A stretch of 61,864 nt of DNA, filler included, from Circinaria calcarea (lineage: Eukaryota): the NCBI GenBank assembly GCA_051942165.1. It is 8 parts of 8 records of this genome, joined end to end, with 100 filler letters (N's around TTAATTAATTAA, not from the genome) between each part and the next. Parts side by side here need not be neighbours in the genome. Positions count along the whole stretch, not along the records: positions 31,023 to 38,665 come from JAVECS010001277.1; positions 38,766 to 46,400 come from JAVECS010001278.1; positions 46,501 to 54,135 come from JAVECS010001279.1; 5 more parts are not named here. One strand, given 5' to 3'. The notes under the pieces are model-generated. The model ran no database searches. It saw only the letters and a list, made by a program, of their open reading frames with translations, and was not told where the DNA came from. The translations under genes were made by a program, and so were the position numbers. Position 1 is the first letter of the stretch. Every line of letters begins with the position of its first letter. Positions 37,756 through 47,160 of this stretch are shown here, one piece after another.

Positions 37756-40700
37756 CGCCACGTAGGTTTGATGGTTTTAGGACTCTTGGGAATTTCGTGT
37801 TATAGGCCTAGATGCGGAAGCTGCAGATCGTGTGTATAGGACAGGGAAAGCGTAAAGTGTGTTGGAAGAAACTCGGTTCAAGATCGCCGCTGACTTTAGA
37901 TAGAGAATGTATGACTGCGACTCCCTCCACAAAAGCATAGTGAATACCTCATATTCCGCTCACATGAATCATAATATTCAATCTCAGCCATGACCACATA
38001 ACAGGATTAAGTACGGAATAACTTATCTCTTTGCCGCCACCCCCTTGTTTCCAGCGTCGGCATAACTTAGCATCATCCCATATCTATGATATAGGTACTT
38101 ATACGGTAGCAAAGCATGGTATTTCTCTCCTTGTCGGGGAACACCAAGTAGGCAGAGCCTATGTCCATATCGGAAGCACCTTCGTCACCAGCTTCGCGTC
38201 AACACCTGATGCACAGAATGACAGATAGATACAGCGAACTATGCGTTAGTGGTAGTTTGGGAAGACTTCCCGGTAGGGTCAAGAGGGAAGAGAGCTCGGA
38301 AATGGATATTTATGCAAAGAGCAACGATCCGGAGCGGCCAAAGAAGGTAGATACGAACAATGCAGGCGTCCACGCCCGCAGCGATTGTTTGAAGACCGAT
38401 GTCAAGATTGAGGGAAAAGATGGGCCTTCTTTAGCAGAGCAGCCTAGCTTTACCGAGGTGAAGCATACCGAACCACGACAGGATGGCCATAATATCACGA
38501 CAACCAAAGATTTAAAAGTTCCTCGACCAGCACCCACCAACACCTACCAGTGCGGTGATCCCGAATGCAAGCAGTATTGGTTCGGCCAGAAACGCCGCGT
38601 GAACGAGGCTATATCCGCCATACATAGATACCTCAAGAACGCCGGGGATGTTGATCGCAAAGAGGNNNNNNNNNNNNNNNNNNNNNNNNNNNNNNNNNNN
38701 NNNNNNNNNTTAATTAATTAANNNNNNNNNNNNNNNNNNNNNNNNNNNNNNNNNNNNNNNNNNNNTACCTCTTCCGTTCCCCCCTTTTCCCCCTTTTCTA
38801 TCCCAGGTCTTATAACTCCCTCCTTCTCCATGACTTTTGCACCTGGAAAAGCAACTTTTTCGCCTAACTTTCGCCAGGTCAACATCAAATCGTGTTTGTT
38901 TTCTATCGATTAATTACGTTATAGCATATACCACCGCTGACGGTTATTTTCGTTTGAGACTTCTTGGAAAGAACCCGAGGGCACTTGTGAGCGGGGAAGC
39001 TCGTGACGGAGGCGAGAAGAGGTCTCATTGCTTGGGGGAGGATGATGATAGGCTGTGGCAAAACGGCTCGGTGGAGACTGATGGCGGTGGCGGTGGCGGT
39101 GGCGGTGAGTGTCACGGGAGGTGCCCGCATCTGATCATGGGGCATAGAATTGATGAATTCCTAATCTATGCCCCGAAGGCAGGCTTTAAGGCCCAAAGGC
39201 CTTGGTTAGCCCAGCTGACCTGCTCCTTCCTTCGCATAACAGTGAGCCAGGCTCCGCTGGTCTCAAATGAAGGTATCAGAAGGGAGGGCTTTGCCGGTTG
39301 ACGATGATGGTTGTATACAGATCATGGCTCCATGTTTCACTCAAGTTCGACAAGGAGGTATCATCGTTTGATATTTGGCTTGTTTCCTCCAAATCCCCAT
39401 CGATTTTTCGCAAGGAAGACATTCCGAAAACCTGGGGCATCTCAGAGATTTCGTCTTCATTTGGATCTCCCAAGGTCTATAATCTCCGCTGTGTCTGTTT
39501 TCCTTTCGCTTCGAATACTTTTGTCGTATAAGATGACTTGGTTTCTCGTCGGAGTTTTTTCATCAGCGGCCTGGATCAATATCTGGGGGTCTATGCCGGT
39601 TGTGTTTCAATGACCCAGACGGTATCCAATTGCTTGGCATCGCAAGCACGTTACCGGCATTATTAAGGCTCCAGTCGGCAAAGGCCCTCGTCAATGGGAG
39701 GGTTGATAGGATGAAGGCTTCATCAACAGTAAGACTTGCGTACCTCTCCTGAAATACGCCACCTATCCCCATTTTCTCCAGAAATCGCCGGGGCTTCGAA
39801 GCTTCGGCGACACCATCCTCGAGTCTCGTTATGCCTGCTATGATATCTTCTGCACGGTGCTTTTCGTACGTGTTATTGGAATCGAACTAGAACAATTAAG
39901 ACGTTCAAGGCGGCATATTGCGTCAATAATGCCGATAACCCCGAGAGGTCCGGTGTAAATCCGTGCGCTTGAGAAAGAAAACAATGGCTATCTGACGTCC
40001 ATGTACGGAGGCAACCAGCCAGTCGAGTCTGCGGGGGAGAGATGGTAGTCCAGAGAGATTGGACGTGAGTACGTTCGTGTTGGATGATACAGCCACTAGG
40101 ATAATTGGATCTTGCTTTTCGGGCTGTCGACAGCTGCTATATTCGTGCATATAGACATGACGGCGCCTCCAGTAGAATTCGTCCAGCGTATAGCAACGAG
40201 CTTTATCTTGGTCGAAATCCCAATTCGCCGGATGACCGTTATATAACGGACAATACGGATAATATCTCGAATTTCCTCTTCTTCTATAAATTGATCCATG
40301 GAGATTAACGCTTTTATATATCCGGAGTGTGCCAGTGCTGAATCGAGGATATAAAGAAGACGATGGGGATAAAGGTGTAATCGTGGACAATATCAGCAGC
40401 CTAGTAAAAAGGTGGGATGGTACTACTCATGTATGCGGAAAATTCTGAAGATGGGTACATTGAGAGTTTCGACTAACGAGAAAACCATCGGTATGATATA
40501 TCGAACCAGTTAAGAATCCTAGGTGGCAAGAGCGATTGCGGTGAGTGTATAAACCGCGGAGGGTCGCCAGCGGTGTAATATGGAGGCAGATGGGAAACCT
40601 AAGCCACGCTAGGGTAGGTACAAGTGAAAAGAGATTATATAAATTATATGATAGCAACTTTTGCCATATAGTATCAGCAACTACCCCCCTACCAAGAACA

Positions 40701-41145
40701 ACGAGTTCTTGCCAAAGAAAAGTAGGCTGACGTAAGGTTTGCGATACCCAACCCCAACCCCGAGGTCTCGAGGTGGATGGGTGCCGAATTCAGGTCACCA
40801 GGGCTGGGTGGATTGGGGTACGGCATCAGAAGGAGGTGATACAACTATGGAAAGGAAAAGGGCTTTCTTTCTTGCCTTGAATAATAAGATTTCAGAACGA
40901 CGTAATATAACACAAACTCGTATATTTCGAAGCCGCGACACTATACTGTAAATAAACAACAGAAACTCTGATAGATAGCCTGAGAACAGGTACTGAGATT
41001 AGATGTACGTGTCGTAATCATATATAAATGCAGTAGGCTCCCTCAAACCAGTCAAAGGGTCCCCAAATATGATCGCATAATTACCCATCCAATTCGTAAA
41101 TATCATATTATCGTTGCTCATGCTGTGGGGGGTAAAGAAATTTGC

Positions 41146-42624
41146 TCAGGTCGTCTTGGTTTCAGCCCAATCCACCCATCTCCGCACAACTTGGTCTACA
41201 TTCCTCACCCCTTTCCTACTTGCTTCAACCTCAAACCACTCTCGATGCTCTTTCCCACACCCCACGCAATCTCTTTTCACTCGCTTTTCCGCCAGCTCGA
41301 TGTGAATAAGACGCTCTACCCTGTGCGCGTACGGGACTTTCCTGGGATTGGGCGATGAGGTGGAAGGGGTAAAGGGAGATGCAGGGGCCAAACTTGGGGA
41401 AGAAGGAAAGTAAGGATAATAGCGGACTAGAGTGAGATTGTGGTTGCATTGTCGTGTCCACTCGTTCATACGACGCTGAACGTTTGATGCGCGGCCGATT
41501 TTGAGGAGGATGGTGGCTTTTCCGGAAGAGTTCTGACTCGGAATACTCGTGCTTGCTGGATAGTCCTGTTTCAGTTCACTCGTTCTTCGAACTCTGGGAT
41601 TGGACTTTGTAGACGGCAGCAAGAGAGATGATGCGAGATCTGGCTCTGGAGCTGCGGATGTATCCGGTGTGAGCCAGAATATATAGATCCAGCCGCCGTC
41701 TTGATCGAATGGCGAGGTGGGTTTTGCCAGTTCTGCAAGAAGCAATGATGTCGTTTGTGGGGATAGCGATTTAGGGATCAATGCAAGCAGGGACTGGGTT
41801 TGGGTTGAGAGATCTCGGGCGAGAGCAGGCCGGTGGGAATGGATGGTAGGGTTAAGGGTTGATAGAGGTTGCCGATGATTGATGTCATTTGAAGAATCCG
41901 CTTTCTTGGAGGCTGCAGCTCGAGGAGATACGGCTGATTGTAGTCCCATTGGAGGCGTAGACATAGAATGGTGCGATAGTCGAGTATTTTCAGCAACACT
42001 GGGCTGCCTAGGTGATTCATCGTAGTGTCGAATGCGAGGTGCTTGCGTATACTCTGGATCCGTGGATCGGACACAGCAGAAGATGGATAGCACGAAACTC
42101 AAATCCCCTCTAGGCTTTCGTCGGTACTGAGAGCTTGGAGGTAAACGATTTTCCGGTACTGACATCAACGGCCCCGAGATGTCCTGCCATTGCGGAGGTA
42201 ACGTCTCCTTCTTCACTGGCTTCCTTCTGTGTTTGGAGTTTCCTTGCTTCGACGTCTTATCATTATCTTCAACATTCAAGACGCCGAGGCGATCAACGAG
42301 CGTATCTATACTGGATCTTTCCTTTAGGCCGAGAACTCTGCCTCCTTTGTCTTTGGCTTCTCCATTGGCAAGAGGTCCAGCTTGTTCTTTGTGTTGCCAG
42401 CAGAAGAAGGCCGCTGCCGCCTCATGATCATCACTGGTATCAGGTAGTATGGCAATCACGCCGTATTTCGTACCCGGCGATGCAGTTGGTGAGTTACCAT
42501 TGGATGCAGCTAGAGATCTCCGACATGGCCGGCCACTTGACGTGATGCCCTTACATGTCGTTGATGGGTTTTTGGAGTCTGACCGAGGCAGAAGAGACTC
42601 GGGAGTATGAGGAATGAAAGGCAT
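41146..42624 (-). CDS. T5orf172 / MUG113 (DUF1766)-type GIY-YIG-like domain protein
   Basis: N-terminal CKGITSSGRPCRR..FCWQH; GWIYIF, LKIGRASNVQRRMNEWTRQC and HRVERLIHIEL..CxxCGKEHREWF. Confidence 0.85.
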   Translation of the reverse strand: MPFIPHTPESLLPRSDSKNPSTTCKGITSSGRPCRRSLAASNGNSPTASPGTKYGVIAILPDTSDDHEAAAAFFCWQHKEQAGPLANGEAKDKGGRVLGLKERSSIDTLVDRLGVLNVEDNDKTSKQGNSKHRRKPVKKETLPPQWQDISGPLMSVPENRLPPSSQYRRKPRGDLSFVLSIFCCVRSTDPEYTQAPRIRHYDESPRQPSVAENTRLSHHSMSTPPMGLQSAVSPRAAASKKADSSNDINHRQPLSTLNPTIHSHRPALARDLSTQTQSLLALIPKSLSPQTTSLLLAELAKPTSPFDQDGGWIYIFWLTPDTSAAPEPDLASSLLLPSTKSNPRVRRTSELKQDYPASTSIPSQNSSGKATILLKIGRASNVQRRMNEWTRQCNHNLTLVRYYPYFPSSPSLAPASPFTPSTSSPNPRKVPYAHRVERLIHIELAEKRVKRDCVGCGKEHREWFEVEASRKGVRNVDQVVRRWVDWAETKTT

Positions 42625-43419
42625 CTGAGATAGAAGTCTTCAAGCTAAGTATAACGGGCATAAGTTTAGTAGGGGATGAAGCAAGATAACGGTAAGGCAG
42701 ATGAGAACGAGACAGCTTGTTACAAGCGGAATTTAGGACTTAATCATACTATACATTCACCATCACCTCCAGCAGGATAGTATTTGAGTCAACGAGAGAT
42801 CATGTCTGTCGAGTGAATCATGGCAGATGCGCGGTCGATGGCCTGGGCAAGCGCGTAAATTGTGGCTGGGATGGCAGTGCTCCCATTGAGCCACCATCGA
42901 TGGGCATTGCCACTGCAGACCTCCATCATGAGTGATTAGTTGTTTGTATACATGTAAGGTTAGACCAGCCTGACTGTCCTTGATGGTTATATCGGCACTT
43001 CGCGAGCGCTGAGTCGGCTGGTTTCAATTAATACAACATCCTTTGATGAGCCCCCTTTTGACGGGCAGTCTATGGTTTATATACGAGTGCTGTATCAGAA
43101 TGAGAGCAAACTTGCCTGAGAGCGATTTCTCCATTACAGTCGATCGGTACAGAAGTAATTCGTGCTTTGCTCATTTTTCAACCCACGTACTCTGCTTCGA
43201 CCTACGCTACACTACGATTCTTGCCGGCCGACACGTTTCTAGTTGCAGCCGGGTTAGGTACAAGGGGTACGTCTATGAACCAGTGGATACAGAAAGCCAT
43301 CGCCTCCGTGCCATAAGGTGAGGATGGAACATGGCGGTTTCGGATCAATCAAAAGTAGAGAAACTATCCTCTGATCAGGAATTTGGCCATTTCGAGGGCT
43401 CGCGCTCTAACATGTCTAC

Positions 43420-45129
43420 TCACGAACCGGTCTTCTTGCCATCACAGAACTGTATCACATCCCATTTTCCACTCCATTCCCACTTCCGAGCCCCGCTATC
43501 TTCCCCTCCATCTTCTGTGGCTTTTAGTCTCTCGTCCTCACCTTCGGGAAGACCTACCACAACGTCGGCTTTGCACGTTCGGAGGGCCAATGTACGAACG
43601 CCAGAGTCAAGGCCCATCGGGCCAATGGCTGCGGTAAATGGGGTAGTAGGGTCCCACATGACCTATACGGCATCAGCTGTTGATATCGACAATGGTAAAC
43701 GATTTTACGCACGTCGCCAGTCAGTTTTCGATAATTCAAATCACCCTTGAAGATGACAAGTTCGCTCTCTTTCAAATCGTCAAAGAGTCTCGGCTCGGTT
43801 CTGGGTAACCGCCAATAGCTGCCGGCTTGGGTCCAGAAACGGTTGGGGCGGATGGTAAGCTGACCTTCTTGATGAAAACTACTCCACCGCTCAAAGAGGA
43901 AGGATAGTTCTTCGGCTTCCTTTGAGGATAGTGGTTGTGGGGTCTTACCAGCGTGCCTATCATCGTCTGAAGCACCGGTGTAGAAAGCTTGTGGGTCGGC
44001 AAGCGCATTGAACAGGGAAGCGAAGTCGCCTGGGAGGACGTCTGAAACGAACCATGGTATCGATTTCGGGTGGAGGACAACGTGAGTGGCGAGATTAGCC
44101 GATAGTAGGTAACCGGCCAGGATGAGGTCTACAAAGAGCTCAAAGCCGGCATTATCCAGTATAATGTCTACCCGTCGATCCTCCTTCCGCTCAGTTTTCT
44201 GCGCATTCTTGAGGGCTAAATATGCAGCGGGGAGGTCGTTGGCGATGATATTCTTCTCGGCAGCCTTTCTAGCGTCGGATCCTTGAAGTTTTTGAATATC
44301 TTCGTAGGTAAGAGATGTCAGGAGAGATAGATCCGTGGCATTACCCCAGAGGCAGATTTCACACATTTCCGTGAAAACGATACGTTCTGCTTGTTCCAAT
44401 TCCTCTGCGCTCTTGTTGATTGTAGTGCCGCTTCCCAGCTGGGATACAAGCTCCTTGTATTTGGCAGCTAGTTCTAGAACAGCTGGGCGGGAGGATTTGA
44501 AGGTCGACATCTTCTGTCTAGCGAATACATCATAACTATTCCAGTGTTTGGAGAGGGTAAAGGAGGTGCTCATGCGTCTGGCTTCTGTGAATTAGCTTGA
44601 TCTCACATTGTGGTTCCCCCAGGGTATACCGATAGAGATAGCATTCTGCATAGAGCCAGGGCACATTAAACCAAGTTGGCGATCCTAGAGCTTCGAGCTC
44701 CGTATTATAGCTCGCAACGTCAGGTTGCCCATCATCCGTCAATGATCTGTTGAAGTTAGTATATTGAGGTAAAGCATCGAGCTTGGGACTCACGTCAATT
44801 GGCGATCGTGCTGTAATTCATATTTGAGCTTCGCCAACACTTCGACAATGGCCTTGCCCTCGTTCCGCTTTTCTTCTTCGTTGCATGCCACAACAGCGCG
44901 ATGGACGTCATCAATGGCTCCGGTCTAAACTTGTTATGAGAACTGAAGTTACACCGTACATGGCTGGTCTGCCTCACCAGTATGACTGGCCATCGATCTC
45001 GTGCGGAGATGTAGGCAAAGGATGTTTGGTCGCCAGTCCTATACGGAGCTAGGTATTCCGGTCAATTGAAATCGTTCTATCGGGTAACACGCCTGGGCCA
45101 TACTCACGAACTTGTGGGTCCATCTCCAT
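43420..45129 (-). CDS. DUF89 / ARMT1-like damage-control phosphatase, multi-exon
   Basis: WFNVPWLYAECYLYR, CLWGNATDLSLL, LDNAGFELFVD, PWFVSDV, FKGDLNYRKL and LRTCKADVVVGL. Confidence 0.92.
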
Positions 45130-45286
45130 AGCTGGGGCTGGGAAAAGGGACAATTGGAGGCTTGGAGAAGTCCTTGATGGGGCGCTCAGTACACTATGGC
45201 AGTCCGATGTTTCCCCGTTTATTCGCACAAATCGAAAAAAGGCTTGATAAAAATATTCCCCAAAAAATTGCCAAAAGAAAAGCCCG

Positions 45287-45292
45287 AAAAAA
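45287..45292 (-). terminator. RNA polymerase III oligo-dT terminator (T6)
   Basis: TTTTTT on the minus strand one base after tRNA A73, with further T-runs downstream. Confidence 0.8.
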
Positions 45293-45293
45293 T

Positions 45294-45542
45294 TGGAGAT
45301 GCGGGGAATCGAACCCTTGGACTATTAGTGACTGATTCTGATGTAACAATGCACATTAACTTACCCGGACCCCATCCAAACATGCTCCTGAAAGAGGATT
45401 ATGCTACTATGCGGGGTATTAGCCTACGGCTCTTAGAATAAATTACCAATTTTACACACAGGATGTATTATACTAGGCTATGATTAGCGTAATGAATAAT
45501 ACAAAGATTGATTCAAAGTCTTACCCACTAAACCACATCCCC
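45294..45542 (-). tRNA. tRNA-Ala(AGC) split by three spliceosomal-type introns and one canonical tRNA intron
   Basis: Exons 45542-45525, 45472-45460, 45406-45402, 45378-45365 and 45315-45294 join to GGGGATGTGGTTTAGTGGTATAATACATCCTTAGCATGGATGGGGTCCGGGGTTCGATTCCCCGCATCTCCA (72 nt). Acceptor stem has G3:U70, anticodon stem CATCC/GGATG with anticodon AGC, T stem CGGGG/CCCCG. Confidence 0.93.
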
Positions 45543-47160
45543 AAGTAATGAGACTTATAATCTTATTTAAATGTATATTCATATTTAACTCAGTCAGATC
45601 GCCTCACCTCAAAATAAACACAAGCTAGCAAAAACACATCCTATTAATTTTATTCATTTTCCAAATTCCTCTTGATTCTAACCACTTTACTCCAATGAAC
45701 AGATCCCCATCCCCATCCAATCCGACCAACCCCGAAAAAACGTGGACGTTAATTCCATCCATCCTACCTGATTCTAATCTAATTATCCAGGTATCATCTC
45801 GGCGGACCCCCCCTCTCTCCGCTCGCCTAATATCCAGCACCTGCACAACCATTCAACTTTTAAACAAATCCCCGAAGTTACATTACAAAAAATGGGCTCT
45901 CGCGACCTTTTAGATTCTGCCCCGGGGGTTCATCCAGGAGTCCGGAAAACGGGCTGACTGACGGCAAAAACGAAGCTTTTTGTTTCAAATACAATTTTTC
46001 GTTACAAGGGTTGCAGATTTGGCGATTCAAGGTGTTTTGGGGGAGAATTATCAAACTATGACTACGACTACGAAAATAGAGATACCTCGAACTTCTCTCC
46101 AAATTTAGGAAGATAATTTTTTGGTGCTTCAAAATCTTAGATAACCGTATGCATTTATGACACTTTGGGCCCCTAGCGTACGCACACCCAAGCCGGAAGA
46201 AGCTTCCACTTTCGCTCAAAAAAACCCCGTGCAACTTCCCGCTACCGACCAAGCAACCCAGGTAGGCACCACCATCACAAACACCCTCCCCTTGGTCTAT
46301 CCTTCCTCGCCGTAATCCCCCATTCCTCAACGCTTCTCCCCTTCCCAGCTCATCCACTCGCCTGCGTACTCGCCACCACTCTCCCTCTCCTCCCTTCCTC
46401 NNNNNNNNNNNNNNNNNNNNNNNNNNNNNNNNNNNNNNNNNNNNTTAATTAATTAANNNNNNNNNNNNNNNNNNNNNNNNNNNNNNNNNNNNNNNNNNNN
46501 TTTTTTTCTAGGACCTGGATAATTGGGAGAATAAGCGGGTGAAGCGGTTAAAGGGGGAGCATGATGGGATACTCTGATGGGACCTCTTTCCGGGGGGGCA
46601 AAAGGGGATTGCGGGGCCTGTGGAGAATGACTACGGGCGAAAGCGAACAAGTACCGACAATGTGTGAGGATGAGGGAGAGGGAGAGGGGGAAATGATGAA
46701 GAGGACTTGGGGCTTGGGATAAGAGTGGCTACCCGGGGGCGATAGGAAAGGATTGGTCCAGTGACCGCGTCTAAGGGGAGGAAGGGGGGGATATTTGCTA
46801 CTTGCAAGGCGACATTGGTTGCTTTCTGCGGCTTATCACGAATGGGGTTGATTCCACAAGGGGGACTATGGGAGCTACCAGTGATGGGCAGTGGAGGAAG
46901 AAGAAGCGTATTTCGAGAAGACCATTCCTCGAATACCACAATAACCCATCGACGCTTCCACCACCCAAGTTCTGCTGACAAATAGTGTACACGGTTTAAA
47001 ATATATGCGCAAAATAACAATTGTCAACCAATCTGTGCTTCCACATGTTTCCGGTCCAGCGCCTTGCTCGAGAAACTCAATAAAACCCCTGTCCGAACGC
47101 TATACCTATCTGGGGAATTCCCACACAAGAACCATTACCGCCCCCTGCTCTTCGACCAGA

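Noticed and set aside
45196..45441. 81-aa plus-strand ORF over the tRNA locus
   Set aside because: Short, no recognisable motifs, and antisense to a well-formed tRNA gene.
45316..45524. One long canonical intron or a transposon insertion as the explanation for the split tRNA
   Set aside because: The missing D-arm, anticodon and variable-loop bases are present inside the interval as separate pieces bounded by GT/AG. No terminal repeats or target duplication are visible.
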